A stretch of DNA of 64,000 bases from Candidatus Krumholzibacteriota bacterium (GTDB lineage Bacteria; Krumholzibacteriota; Krumholzibacteriia; JACNKJ01): contig JAFGBK010000081.1 of NCBI GenBank assembly GCA_016933175.1, positions 3,640-67,639 on the forward strand. The letters are read 5' to 3'. This document shows positions 39,681 to 50,842 of this stretch, piece after piece. Each line of letters starts with the position of its first letter. Positions within the stretch are counted from its first letter, which is position 1. Made by a program: the position numbers and the translations under genes. Under the pieces are notes generated by a model. The model was not told the origin of the DNA, searched no databases, and saw nothing but the letters and a program-made list of their open reading frames with translations.

Positions 39681-42060
39681 CGTCGGCGGCCAGGCGGGCC
39701 ACCGTGACGCCGCTGCCGCCGCTGCCCTGGTCCGCGAGGCGCTGGTCGCGCACGCGCCGGTCCCGGGCCAGCAGTTCCCGCACGGCCCGTCGCAGGGCGC
39801 CCGTGCCCTTGCCGTGCAGGATCTCCACGAACTCGAAGCCCGCCAGATGGGCCCCGTCCAGGAAGTCGTCCAGGCGCGCCTCGGCCTCTTCCACCGTCAG
39901 GCCGCGCAGGTCGAGCCGATAGGAGTCGAGCCCCTCGGCCTGGTAGCCCACGTCCACCGGGACCGGCTGCGGGCGGCCCGCCGGCGGCGCGGGCAGCAGG
40001 TCCGCCAGGGGCAGGACGAGGGTGAGGTCCCCCACGGCCACGCGGACCCGATCCTCGCCGGCCTCGCCGAGGATCTCCGCCGTCTGGCCCGTCACGCGGA
40101 GCCGCACGCGATCGCCCGCGCGCCAGTGCCGCAGAGGCGGGGCGGAGGGCGGCGGGCCGCCCAGATCCGTCAGATCCCCGCCCAGGCGCGCCAGCGCCTC
40201 GCGTCCGTTGCGAATGGCCTCCCGGCCGGCGCCGGATTCCCGCAGCTCCCGGACCACCCGCTCCAGCTCGCTGCGAGCGCCGGCCAGGAACTCCTCGCCC
40301 TCGCGACGGGCCCGGTCGAGGAGCTCGCCGGCCTCGCGCCGCGCGCCGGCCAGGCGCTGCTCGTACTCCTCGCGCAGGGCGCCGTGGCGCCGCTCCAGCT
40401 CCTCCGCTTGCCGCCGCGCTTCCTCCGCCCGCCGCGTCTCCCGCTCGAGGCGCTCCAGGAGCCCCTCGAGGGTCAGGGCCTCGTCGCCCAGCAGGGCTTC
40501 GGCCTCGGCCAGCACCGCAGCGTCCATGCCCAGGCGGCGGGCCGTGGCCAGAGCCCGGCTGGAGCCGGGCACCCCGAAGCGCAGGCTGTACAGGGGCCGG
40601 CGGGCCACGGGGTCGAACTCCATGGCCGCGTTGGCGGCGCCGGGCGTCTCCTGGGCGAAGCCCTTGAGGACGCCGATGTGGGTGCTGACCACCGCGAGCG
40701 TCCCCCGGTCGAGCCAGCGCTGCATCACGGCCCGGGCCAGGGCAGCTCCCTCCTCGGGATCCGTGCCGTCGCAGATCTCGTCCACCAGGACCAGCGAGCC
40801 GGCGCCGGCCTCGGCCACCATCTGCACCAGGTGCTCCAGGTGGGCGCTGAAGGTGGAGCGCGAATCCTGCAGGGACTGCTCGTCGCCGATGTCGACGAAC
40901 AGCCGGTCGAACAGGGGCAGCCGCGTGCCGTCGCGGGCCGGGACGGGCAGGCCGCACTGGTTCATGAGGACCAGCAGGCCGAGGGTCTTGAGCAGGACCG
41001 TCTTGCCGCCCGTGTTGGGTCCCGTCACCAGGAGCAGGCGCAGCTCGGGGCCGACTTCCAGGTCCAGGGGAACCAGGTCCCGGCCGGGCGCCAGGTAGCG
41101 CTCCAGGAGGGGATGGCGGGCGGCGGCCAGGCGCAGACCGCCGTCCATGTCGCTCTCGGCCCAGCACCAGTCGCCCCCCCGGCAGGCCCGGGCCACGGCC
41201 AGGGCCACGTCCAGGTCGTGGAAGGCCTCCAGGCGCTCCCGGATGACCTCGGCGTGAGCCCCCACGCGTGCCGTCAGCTCGGCCAGGATGCGCCGCGCCT
41301 CCTTGGCCTCGTCGGCCAGGAGGGAGGTGACGCGGTTGTTCAGCTCCACGGTCTCCAGGGGCTCGACGAAGAGGGTGCGCCCGGTGCCGGACTCGTCGTG
41401 GACGATGCCCGGCAGGGTGCTCCGCTGCTCGCGGCGGACGGGCAGGACCAGGCGGCCGTCGCGCAGGCGGGGCCGCGGGTCCTCGCCGGGCCCGCCCAGG
41501 CGGCCCCTGATGAGCCCGTCCAGCGTGTCGCGCACCTGCTGCCGCGTGGAGCGCACCTGCGCGCGCAGTCGTCCCAGCAGGGGGCTGGCCCCGTCCAGGA
41601 GGCCGCCCTCCTCGTCCAGGCAGCGCTCGATGGCCCCGGCCAGGGACGCCAGGGAGGGCGGGGCTCCCCAGTCGGCCGCCAGGACCGGCGCCTCGCCGGC
41701 ATGCCTGTGGAGGAACTCCCCACAGCGGTCGATGGCGCGCAGGCAGCGGGCGAGAGCTGCCAGCTCGGGCCCCGCCAGGACGGCGCCCGCGCGGCGGCTG
41801 GCCTCCAGGCGCCGGCCCGGATCGGCCAGGCCGGTCAGATCGGGCTCCTCGCCCAGCTCCAGCAGGCGCTGCCAGGCGGCCACGCGCTCCCGGCGCGCCG
41901 CCAGGATCTGGGCGCCGGCCAGGGGCGCGAGGCCGCGCAGCGTCTCGGCGCTGCGGGGCAGGTGCGCGCGGCGGGCGAGGTCCTCCAGGAGCTCGGGGAA
42001 CTCCAGGACCGCCGGCGCCTGGCCGCAGACCAGGGTCGCTGCCTCCGTGGTCCAAGGCAT
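39652..42060 (-). CDS. mutS2: Endonuclease MutS2 (MutS domain plus a C-terminal Smr domain)
   Basis: Start at internal MPWTTEAATL... Walker A TGPNTGGKT. Smr domain at the C-terminus (LDLRGLTVEEAEARLDDFLD). The start overlaps the cvpA stop by 1 nt. Confidence 0.85.
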   Translation of the reverse strand: MPWTTEAATLVCGQAPAVLEFPELLEDLARRAHLPRSAETLRGLAPLAGAQILAARRERVAAWQRLLELGEEPDLTGLADPGRRLEASRRAGAVLAGPELAALARCLRAIDRCGEFLHRHAGEAPVLAADWGAPPSLASLAGAIERCLDEEGGLLDGASPLLGRLRAQVRSTRQQVRDTLDGLIRGRLGGPGEDPRPRLRDGRLVLPVRREQRSTLPGIVHDESGTGRTLFVEPLETVELNNRVTSLLADEAKEARRILAELTARVGAHAEVIRERLEAFHDLDVALAVARACRGGDWCWAESDMDGGLRLAAARHPLLERYLAPGRDLVPLDLEVGPELRLLLVTGPNTGGKTVLLKTLGLLVLMNQCGLPVPARDGTRLPLFDRLFVDIGDEQSLQDSRSTFSAHLEHLVQMVAEAGAGSLVLVDEICDGTDPEEGAALARAVMQRWLDRGTLAVVSTHIGVLKGFAQETPGAANAAMEFDPVARRPLYSLRFGVPGSSRALATARRLGMDAAVLAEAEALLGDEALTLEGLLERLERETRRAEEARRQAEELERRHGALREEYEQRLAGARREAGELLDRARREGEEFLAGARSELERVVRELRESGAGREAIRNGREALARLGGDLTDLGGPPPSAPPLRHWRAGDRVRLRVTGQTAEILGEAGEDRVRVAVGDLTLVLPLADLLPAPPAGRPQPVPVDVGYQAEGLDSYRLDLRGLTVEEAEARLDDFLDGAHLAGFEFVEILHGKGTGALRRAVRELLARDRRVRDQRLADQGSGGSGVTVARLAADGGGNEQTKS

Positions 42061-42587
42061 CAGATGGCGCCGCCGGGCACGGGCAGGCGCCCGGCCCGTA
42101 GCAGGGGGCTGATCTCCGCGAAGAGGTCGGGTGTGATGTCCAGCAGCAGCACCAGGAACCCGCGCTCCCAGGTCGCGGCCTCGCGCAGCATGGGCTCCAT
42201 CAGGGCCAGCTCGTCGAAGAGCGCCAGGATCAGCCCGGCAACCAGCAGTCCCAGGAACAGGCCCAGCAGGCCGCCGCCCACGTGGTTGAGCCACACGAGG
42301 GGCGTCCAGCGGATGGTCAGCGACAGGAGCCAGCCCAGCAGTCCGGCCACCAGGGCCACGGCCACGAAGGCCAGGATCACCAGGAGATACCAGCCGCCCG
42401 GGAATCCCAGGGCGTCCTCCACGCGCGGCCACAGGGCCGAGGCCAGGGGCCGGGCCAGCCAGATGCCCGCGATCAGCCCGATGACCTTGAAGGCCGTGCG
42501 GATGAGACCGCCGCGGAAGCCGTGGTAGACGCCCAGGAGAAGGGTTCCGAGCAGGGCCACCGTCAGGAGGTGAACGCCCCAGTTCAT
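42060..42587 (-). CDS. cvpA: CvpA-family membrane protein
   Basis: Four TM helices and a CvpA-like N-terminus (MNWGVHLLTVALLGTLLLGVYHGFRGGLIRTA). Confidence 0.7.
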   Translation of the reverse strand: MNWGVHLLTVALLGTLLLGVYHGFRGGLIRTAFKVIGLIAGIWLARPLASALWPRVEDALGFPGGWYLLVILAFVAVALVAGLLGWLLSLTIRWTPLVWLNHVGGGLLGLFLGLLVAGLILALFDELALMEPMLREAATWERGFLVLLLDITPDLFAEISPLLRAGRLPVPGGAI

Positions 42588-43024
42588 CCGCCCAGCCTCG
42601 CCTTGACCAGGGCGCTGACGGTCCCGCCCTCGGCGCGGCCCGCCGCCCGCGCGAGGACCTCCTTCATGACCGGGCCCATCTGCTTCAGGCCCGTGGCGCC
42701 GAGCTCGCCGATGACCGCGTCCACGAGCTCTCCCAGTTCCGCCTCGGAGAGGGCCGCTGGCAGGTAGGCCTGCACGATGTCGTGCTCGGCCATCTCCTTG
42801 GCCACCAGGTCCGGGCGGGCGCCCCGCTCGTACTCGGCCGCGGACTCCTTGCGCTTGCGCGCGTAGCGCGAGAGGACGTCCAGCACCTCGGCGTCGCCGA
42901 GGGCCTCGCCCCGCGCGATCTCCGCGTTCTTCAGCTCGGAGCGGAGCATGCGCAGCACGCTGACGCGCTGCCTGTCGCCGGCCTTCAGGGCCGTCTTGAG
43001 ATCCTCAAGCAGGCGTTCCTGCAC
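42584..43024 (-). CDS. yqeY: GatB/YqeY-domain protein
   Basis: GTG start at 43024 behind a GGGAGG SD, then VQERLLEDLKTALKAGD..., typical of YqeY. The track ORF starts 21 codons earlier at an ATG. Confidence 0.7.
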   Translation of the reverse strand: MQERLLEDLKTALKAGDRQRVSVLRMLRSELKNAEIARGEALGDAEVLDVLSRYARKRKESAAEYERGARPDLVAKEMAEHDIVQAYLPAALSEAELGELVDAVIGELGATGLKQMGPVMKEVLARAAGRAEGGTVSALVKARLGG

Positions 43025-43124
43025 GGCTGAGACCTCCCGTCTGCCGTTCCGGGGCCGCGACGGGACCGTCACGGCCGTAAAACGCAAATAACCTTTCGAG
43101 TATAGTCACCGTTCCGCAAGGCTG

Positions 43125-43874
43125 TCAACGCGGCCCGGCGCCGGGCAACAGGATCCGGGCCGCCAGGGCCAGGGCGGCCGTCTCGGACCGCAGGCGGTGG
43201 GGCCCCAGGCTCAGGGGCGTCGCCCCGGCCCCCGCCAGGATCTCGCGCTCCTCGGCGGCGAAGCCGCCCTCGGGGCCGATCCAGGCCTGGTGGATCCCGC
43301 CCGGTTCGCGCAGCGCGGCCTCCAGCTCCGACCAGCCCGCCGCCGGCTCCCCGGCCCTTTCCTCGTCCGCCCACCAGAGACGACGTCCACGCTCCCCGGA
43401 CGCCGCGAGCTGGTCCGGCAGGGGTGCCGGCCCGGCCAGCTCGGGCAGCAGCAGGCGCCGACTCTGGCAGTAGGCGGCGGCGATGACCTCGGCGTAGCGC
43501 GCCGGTGCCGTCTCCCGGCGGACGACGCCATGGCGGCCCAGATAGAGGTCGAAGCCCGCCACGCCCAGCTCGGTGCCCTTCTCCAGCACCCAGTCCAGGC
43601 GCCGCCCCTTGAGCAGAGGCAGGGCCAGGCGCAGCTCGGGCAGGTCGGGCGGCGCCGGTTCGGCCACGGATTCGAGGCGCAGCCTGGCCTCGCGCCGGTC
43701 CACGCTCTCGACGCGGGCGAGGGCCACCAGGCCCCGGCCGTCGCGCAGCTCCAGGATGTCGCCGCGCCGGCGGCGCAGGACGCGGAACAGGTGGTGGTGG
43801 TCGGCGCCCGTGAGGCGCAGGCTCCGGATGGAAGCGTCGAGGTCGGGGCGCAGGATGACGGGCGTCTCGGGCAT
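43125..43874 (-). CDS. rsmE: 16S rRNA (uracil1498-N3)-methyltransferase
   Basis: RsmE-like PUA N-terminus and SPOUT C-terminus (GPEGGFAAEE). Confidence 0.75.
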   Translation of the reverse strand: MPETPVILRPDLDASIRSLRLTGADHHHLFRVLRRRRGDILELRDGRGLVALARVESVDRREARLRLESVAEPAPPDLPELRLALPLLKGRRLDWVLEKGTELGVAGFDLYLGRHGVVRRETAPARYAEVIAAAYCQSRRLLLPELAGPAPLPDQLAASGERGRRLWWADEERAGEPAAGWSELEAALREPGGIHQAWIGPEGGFAAEEREILAGAGATPLSLGPHRLRSETAALALAARILLPGAGPR

Positions 43875-43882
43875 GGCCGCCT

Positions 43883-45004
43883 TCAGGCGGGCCGGCGCGG
43901 GCCGGGCAGCTTGGCGCCCTCGATCTCTGCCAGGCGCTCGAGCAGCCCCGCCTCCTCGCGGCTGGTGCGGGGCGGGCTCCAGGCCACCAGGCGCACCATG
44001 AGGTCGCCCTGGCGGCGGGAGTTCAGGTAGGGCAGGCCCTTGCCGCGCAGGCGGAAGATCTGGTGGCTCTGGGTTCCCGGCGGGACCTTGACCAGTGCCG
44101 CGCCCTCGAGGCCCCGCACCTCCACCCTTCCGCCCAGCACGAGGGTGCTGAAGGCGACGGGCTGCTCGAAGAAGAGATCCTGCTTGTGGCGCTCGAAGAC
44201 GGGATGCTCCTCCACCTCGACGACCACCATGACGTCGCCGGGGGGGCCGCCGCGCAGGCCGGCCTCGCCCTGGCCGCGCAGGGGGATGTAGTCGCCGGTG
44301 GAGACGCCGGCGGGGATCTTGACGTTGAGGCTCTCCTCGCCCGGCACACGACCCTCGCCGCCGCAGGCCGTGCAGGGATCGTCCACGAGGACGCCTTCGC
44401 CGTGGCAGGCGGGGCAGACGCTGACGTTGACGAACTGGCCGAGGATGCTGCGCTGGACGCGGCGCACCTCGCCCGATCCACCGCAGGTGGGACAGCGCTT
44501 GGTACTGGAGCCCGGGCGCTGGCCGCTGCCGCCGCAGGTTCCGCAGTCCACCTTCTTGCGCAGGCGGATCTGCTTGGTGGTCCCCGTGGCCACCTCCTCC
44601 AGGGTCAGCTTGACGCGGACGCGCAGGTCCCGCCCACCGCGGTCGGGCCGGCGGGCCTGGCGGCGGGGACCGCCGCCGAAGAAGGAGTCGAAGCCGAAGT
44701 CGCGCATGAAGGCCCGCAGGGCTTCCTCGAGGTCGATGCCTTCGGCTCCGAAGGGGCTCGCTCCGCCGAAGCCCTGGCCCGAGACGCCCGCGTGGCCGAA
44801 CTGGTCGTAGGCCTGGCGTTTCTGGGCGTCCTTGAGGACCTCGTAGGCCTCGGTGGCCTCCTTGAACTTCTCCTCGGCGCCCTGGTCGTCGGGATTGCGG
44901 TCGGGATGGTACTGCATGGCCAGCTTGCGGTAGGCCTTGCGGATCGCCTCCTCGTTGGCGGCGCGCTCCACGCCCAGGACCTCGTAGTAGTCGCGCTTCG
45001 CCAC
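43883..45004 (-). CDS. dnaJ: Chaperone DnaJ
   Basis: J domain (DYYEVLGV...HPDRN). G/F region. Four CxxCxGxG zinc-finger repeats. Confidence 0.9.
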   Translation of the reverse strand: MAKRDYYEVLGVERAANEEAIRKAYRKLAMQYHPDRNPDDQGAEEKFKEATEAYEVLKDAQKRQAYDQFGHAGVSGQGFGGASPFGAEGIDLEEALRAFMRDFGFDSFFGGGPRRQARRPDRGGRDLRVRVKLTLEEVATGTTKQIRLRKKVDCGTCGGSGQRPGSSTKRCPTCGGSGEVRRVQRSILGQFVNVSVCPACHGEGVLVDDPCTACGGEGRVPGEESLNVKIPAGVSTGDYIPLRGQGEAGLRGGPPGDVMVVVEVEEHPVFERHKQDLFFEQPVAFSTLVLGGRVEVRGLEGAALVKVPPGTQSHQIFRLRGKGLPYLNSRRQGDLMVRLVAWSPPRTSREEAGLLERLAEIEGAKLPGPRRPA

Positions 45005-45012
45005 GCCGCCTC

Positions 45013-45666
45013 CTAGCCCGCCACCGCGACGCGGCTGGGACGCAGGACGCGATCGCCCAAGCGGTAGCCCTTCTGCATCTCCTGGATCACCTGCCCCTTG
45101 GGCGCGTCCGTGTTGGGCAGCTGCATGACGGCCTCGTGCAGGGCGGGATCAAAGGCCTCGCCCAGCGCCACGATGGGCTCGAGTCCAAGCTGGGTCAGGG
45201 CGCCGCGCAGGCCCTCGGCCACCAGGGCCACGCCCTCGGCGAAGGAATCCTCCTCGGGATCGGGGCCGCTTTCCAGGGCGCGTTCGAAATCATCGAGGAC
45301 GGCGAGCAGGGAGATGACGAGCTCGCCGCGGAAATGCTCGGCCTCGCGCTCGCGGTGGCGCTCGAGGCGGCGCAGCTGATTCTCGCGTTCGGCGAGGTTG
45401 CGCAGGAGGCGCTCCTCCCGCTGCCGCGCGTCGGCGGCCTCGCGGTGCGCCTCGGCCAGGTCGGCCTCCAGGGCGGCGAGTCTCTCGCTCAGCTCGGCCG
45501 CGGTGGCGAAACGCTCGGCGGCCTCGCCGGCCGTCGGGACCGCCGCGTCGCCGGCGGCCCGTTCCGCGTCGCCGGCCAGCGGGGTCGCGTCGCCCGTCGG
45601 GTCCTGCGCATCGCGGCGCTCCCGCCGCGGGTGGCCGTCCCGCTCCTTCGATGACTTCTTCGACAT
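45013..45666 (-). CDS. grpE: Nucleotide exchange factor GrpE
   Basis: Start at internal MSKKSSKERD... Coiled coil then GrpE C-terminal motif (VIQEMQKGYRLGDRVLRPSRVAV). Confidence 0.85.
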   Translation of the reverse strand: MSKKSSKERDGHPRRERRDAQDPTGDATPLAGDAERAAGDAAVPTAGEAAERFATAAELSERLAALEADLAEAHREAADARQREERLLRNLAERENQLRRLERHREREAEHFRGELVISLLAVLDDFERALESGPDPEEDSFAEGVALVAEGLRGALTQLGLEPIVALGEAFDPALHEAVMQLPNTDAPKGQVIQEMQKGYRLGDRVLRPSRVAVAG

Positions 45667-45667
45667 C

Positions 45668-46462
45668 TCAGCTCCAGGTGGAAGACCGTCCGGCCCGGGA
45701 ATGGAGCAGGCGAACCAGGCTGTCCATGGCTCCCAGGACGAGAGAGTACTCCATGCGGACCGGACCGAGCAGGCCCATGAGGGCCGTCCCGTCGGAGTGG
45801 TGGATCTGCGAGGTGATGACGGTGAAGGAACTGAGGTCCTCGATGGCATTCTCCTGTCCGATGCACAGGCGCACCTCGCCGGGGGGATCGGCCAGGGCGC
45901 GCAGATACCGGCCGAAGGCGCTGGCGTCGTCCAGGAGGTGGATGAGGACCTTCAGGCGGCGGGGATCGTCGAACTCCGGCTGGCCGAGCAGCTCGTCGAT
46001 GCCGGTGATGGTGACCGTCGCGGCGTCCGCGTCCGCCGCGGCGCCGGGACCCGGAGCCAGCACCAGCAGCGACAGGCCCAGGGCGTGGCTGACGCGGCTC
46101 AGCAAGGCCGCGGCCTGGTCGAGGCTCTCGGCGAGGCTCCCCCGGCGCAGGTCCATCTCGCTGTGCACGAGCCGCTCCCAGGCCGGATGGGGCTGGCTCG
46201 GACGCACGATGCGCTCCACGTAGACCCGGTAGCCCCGGTCCGTGGGCACGCGCCCCGACGAGCGATGGGGCTGCATGAGCCAGCCCTGCCGCTCGAGTTC
46301 GCCGAAGGTGTTGCGGACGGTGGCCGAGGACCAGCGGTGCCGGAGATCCCGCGCGACGGCTGCCGAACTGACAGGTTCCGCGCGTTCCGTGTAGAGACGG
46401 ATGACGGATTCCAGGACCAGAAGCTCGCGGTCTTCGGGCACCTCGTAGTACCTGAAGTCCAT
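45668..46462 (-). CDS. hrcA: Heat-inducible transcription repressor HrcA (short form)
   Basis: Winged-helix segment SSATVRNTFGELERQGWLMQPHRSSGRVPTDRGYRVYVE matches the HrcA N-terminus. First ATG at 46462; the track starts at a TTG at 46471. Confidence 0.8.
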   Translation of the reverse strand: MDFRYYEVPEDRELLVLESVIRLYTERAEPVSSAAVARDLRHRWSSATVRNTFGELERQGWLMQPHRSSGRVPTDRGYRVYVERIVRPSQPHPAWERLVHSEMDLRRGSLAESLDQAAALLSRVSHALGLSLLVLAPGPGAAADADAATVTITGIDELLGQPEFDDPRRLKVLIHLLDDASAFGRYLRALADPPGEVRLCIGQENAIEDLSSFTVITSQIHHSDGTALMGLLGPVRMEYSLVLGAMDSLVRLLHSRAGRSSTWS

Positions 46463-46491
46463 GGAAATCAACCCTTTTCTCGAATCGCCCG

Positions 46492-46521
46492 TAAATTAGG
46501 GAAGCCTGCGGGAGCTGTCAA
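46492..46521 (-). promoter_or_regulatory. Putative sigma-70 promoter for hrcA-grpE-dnaJ
   Basis: Minus-strand TTGACA, 17-18 nt spacer, TAATTT, about 25 nt upstream of the hrcA start. It overlaps the hemW stop. No CIRCE inverted repeat is visible. Confidence 0.35.
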
Positions 46522-47648
46522 GAGACCAGCCGGGCGAGGATCGCGTCCAGGCGCAGCCAGCCCGCGGGCGTGAGCCGCCAGCGCGTCCCCTCGCGCCGGG
46601 CCCAGTCCTGGTCGGCCAGCTGGGCCAGGATCGGCCCGGCGCCGGCCAGGGCGGGATCGCCGGCCGCCAGCCCGCGCCGGGTCCTCAGGCCCAGAAGCAG
46701 GGCCTCCAGGCGCCGCTCGCCGGGGCCGCGCGCATCGCGGTCCAGGGGCGGCAGGCGGCCCGCCAGCAGGGGCGCCTGCCACGCATCCAGGGAGGCCGGC
46801 CGGGACAGGCGGCAATCCCGCAGGTGCGAGTGGGCCGCGGGACCCAGGCCCAGGTAGTCGCCCCCCTCCCAGACGGCCAGGTTGTGCCGGCACTCGCCGC
46901 CGGGCCGGCACCAGTTGGAGACCTCGTAGGCCGCGTAGCCGCGCCCGGCGAGAACCGCGTGGGTCTCCAGGTAGGCGTCGGCGAGCTGGGCCTCGCGCGC
47001 CTCGCCGCGGGCCGCGTCGCCGGCGGGCGCGCGGTCTCCCGGCGCCGCGCCGGACGCCCGCGCGCGCCCCCACCGCCCCTCGCCCTCCTCGAGGCAGTAG
47101 ACCGACAGGTGCTCGGGCGCGTGGTCGAGGACGCCCGCCAGGCTCCGTCGCCAGCTGTCCCGCGTCTGGCCGGGCAGGCCGAGGATCAGATCCGCGGACA
47201 GGCGCAGCGGCGCTGCGGCGGCCAGGGCGAGGGCGGCGCGGGCGCCCGCGCCGTCGTGGCGGCGGCCGGCGCGCGCGAGCTCGCCGTCGTCCAGGGACTG
47301 CACGCCCAGGCTGAGGCGGTCCACCCCGGCTCCCAACAGCCGCGCGAGGAGATCCGCGTCCAGGTCGTCGGGATTGCACTCGACGGTGAACTCGGTTTCC
47401 GGACCGGCCAGGGGCGCCAGCAGGGCGAGCAGGCGGTCGAGGGCCTGGCGCGGCAGGCAGCTGGGCGTGCCGCCGCCCACGTAGAGGCTGGGCAGGGGCG
47501 CCTGGCCGAGGTCGGCCGCGCAGAGATCCAGCTCGGCGGCCAGGGCCGCCACGTAGCGGCCGGGGTCGCCCGCGGTCTCGGCGTAGAAGGCGCAGTAGCC
47601 GCAGCGGGAGCGGCAGAAGGGAACGTGGACGTAGAGCGGCAGGCTCAC
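46518..47648 (-). CDS. hemW: Radical SAM family heme chaperone HemW (coproporphyrinogen III oxidase-like)
   Basis: GTG start at 47648 (GTGA overlap with the lepB stop). LPLYVHVPFCRSRCGYCAF radical-SAM CxxxCxxC motif. HemN C-terminal domain. Confidence 0.85.
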   Translation of the reverse strand: MSLPLYVHVPFCRSRCGYCAFYAETAGDPGRYVAALAAELDLCAADLGQAPLPSLYVGGGTPSCLPRQALDRLLALLAPLAGPETEFTVECNPDDLDADLLARLLGAGVDRLSLGVQSLDDGELARAGRRHDGAGARAALALAAAAPLRLSADLILGLPGQTRDSWRRSLAGVLDHAPEHLSVYCLEEGEGRWGRARASGAAPGDRAPAGDAARGEAREAQLADAYLETHAVLAGRGYAAYEVSNWCRPGGECRHNLAVWEGGDYLGLGPAAHSHLRDCRLSRPASLDAWQAPLLAGRLPPLDRDARGPGERRLEALLLGLRTRRGLAAGDPALAGAGPILAQLADQDWARREGTRWRLTPAGWLRLDAILARLVS

Positions 47649-48265
47649 CGCACGATGTCGCCGATGCGATCGAAGCGGGGGTACTTCTTCTCCCCGTTCC
47701 AGGACCAGTAGATGAAGATGGCCTTGCCCTGGACGTTGTCGCGCCAGGGGACCGTTCCCATGACGCGGCTGTCGTTGCTGTTGTCCCGGTTGTCGCCCAT
47801 CATGAACAGGTGCCCCTCGGGCACGGTGATGGGGCCGAAGTTGCGGGCGGCGCCGTGGGGACGGTCGCCGTAGATGTACTTGGTGTAAGGCTCCTCGCGC
47901 GCCTCGCCGTCCACGTAGACCACGCCGTCGTGGATGGACACCTCCTGCCCGCCCACGGCCACGCAGCGCTTGATGAAGTCGTCCTTCTGGTCGGGGAACT
48001 TGAAGACGATGATGTCCCCGGGCTTCGGATCGCGGAAGCCGGGCAGGCGGACGCTGGTGAACGGGATCTTGGGCCCGTAGAGAAGCTTGTTGACGAAGAG
48101 GAAGTCGCCCACCAGCAGGGTGTCCTCCATGCTGCCGCTGGGAATATGGAAGGCCTGGATGAGGAAGCTGCGCGCCAGGAAGGCCATGATCACCGCCCAA
48201 AGGACGACATCGAAGGTTTCGCGCAGCGCCGACTTCTTCTTGGCGGGTCCCTTCTTCTTCGCCAT
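47645..48265 (-). CDS. lepB: Signal peptidase I
   Basis: Start MAKKKGPAKKKSAL inside the track ORF. SGSMEDTL (catalytic Ser). KR and GDNRDNSNDSR boxes. Confidence 0.9.
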   Translation of the reverse strand: MAKKKGPAKKKSALRETFDVVLWAVIMAFLARSFLIQAFHIPSGSMEDTLLVGDFLFVNKLLYGPKIPFTSVRLPGFRDPKPGDIIVFKFPDQKDDFIKRCVAVGGQEVSIHDGVVYVDGEAREEPYTKYIYGDRPHGAARNFGPITVPEGHLFMMGDNRDNSNDSRVMGTVPWRDNVQGKAIFIYWSWNGEKKYPRFDRIGDIVR

Positions 48266-48273
48266 CGTGTCTC

Positions 48274-50076
<1,803 letters not shown>

Positions 50077-50083
50077 GGCCGCC

Positions 50084-50599
50084 TCAGAAGCTGACGCGCA
50101 GCTGGAGACCAACGGCGCGCGTCGTTCCGTCCACCACGGGCAGGACGCGGGCGCGGCGGCCGCGGATGTCCTCGGTGTCGAAATCGTGCAGGTGGGCGAA
50201 GACATAGGCGTCCAGCAGGCTGGCCAGGAAGACGGCCGAGCCGTACCAGACCCAGTCGCGTTGCCGCTCGTCGTGGTCGTGGAAGCGCGCGCGCAGCGTG
50301 CCGTATCCCAGGCCCCGCCAGGTCTCCCCGGGCGCCAGGGCGGCCGCGCGCCGCCGGTAACGGTCGGCCTCGAGGCCCTCGCTGACGATGACGCCGATGG
50401 CGTAGCTCTGCCAGGTAAACAGGACCACCGTCTTCCAGCCCTCGTCATTGTAGAGCTGACCCAGGGCGGGGAAGGCGGCGGAGGCCAGGATGGCCGCGGT
50501 GGCGTCGCGGCCGGACCGGTCCGCGGGCTCCTCGCCCGGCGCCCCCGCGGCCGGCGCGGCGAGAAGGACCAGGACGGTTGCGGCCAGGAATCTACGCAC
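50084..50599 (-). CDS. Secreted/membrane protein, DUF5683-like. Function unknown.
   Basis: Signal peptide MRRFLAATVLVLLAAPAAGA. PALGQLYN motif. Third-position GC is high. Confidence 0.5.
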   Translation of the reverse strand: MRRFLAATVLVLLAAPAAGAPGEEPADRSGRDATAAILASAAFPALGQLYNDEGWKTVVLFTWQSYAIGVIVSEGLEADRYRRRAAALAPGETWRGLGYGTLRARFHDHDERQRDWVWYGSAVFLASLLDAYVFAHLHDFDTEDIRGRRARVLPVVDGTTRAVGLQLRVSF

Positions 50600-50631
50600 G
50601 GATGGAGCGTCCTCGTTGCGCGGTGTGAAAA

Positions 50632-50729
50632 TGGCGGGAATGTGTGGGAATCGAACCCACCCCGGACGGGATTAGCGCCCGGCAGAAGGATTTGAAGTCC
50701 TCGGGGCCCACCAGGACCCATCCACTCCC
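50632..50729 (-). tRNA. selC: Selenocysteine tRNA (anticodon UCA)
   Basis: 98-nt minus-strand sequence GGGAGTGGATGGGTCCTGGTGGGCCCCGAGGACTTCAAATCCTTCTGCCGGGCGCTAATCCCGTCCGGGGTGGGTTCGATTCCCACACATTCCCGCCA. 8-bp acceptor arm (one terminal mismatch). 6-bp D-stem with a 4-nt D-loop (GGGTCC-TGGT-GGGCCC). Anticodon loop CUUCAAA is identical to E. coli selC. Long variable arm. G73 and CCA are encoded. Confidence 0.8.
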
Positions 50730-50842
50730 GCGTAACACTCTGAATCGCGGTGATCGGGCGGCGCGCCGCTCGATCCTCATCGGAGCACCGAATCCGGGCG
50801 CCGGGTTCCGCCGCGCGGCCGCGAGCCCGCTCCGGCTCCGCC

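Noticed and set aside
36006-42528. Long ORFs overlapping rpoD, dnaG and mutS2 (36006..37406 -, 35852..38014 +, 39814..42528 +, 39668..42055 -)
   Set aside because: Alternative frames or antisense strands of confidently identified genes, with biased low-complexity composition.
46463-46560. CIRCE operator upstream of hrcA
   Set aside because: I looked for TTAGCACTC-N9-GAGTGCTAA or a close inverted repeat and found none. Only a sigma-70-like promoter is present.
46468-47379. 303-aa ORF overlapping hemW in another frame, and other 60-400 aa Arg/Pro-rich ORFs throughout
   Set aside because: Wrong-frame artefacts. hemW is supported by its radical-SAM CxxxCxxC motif and the GTGA coupling to lepB.
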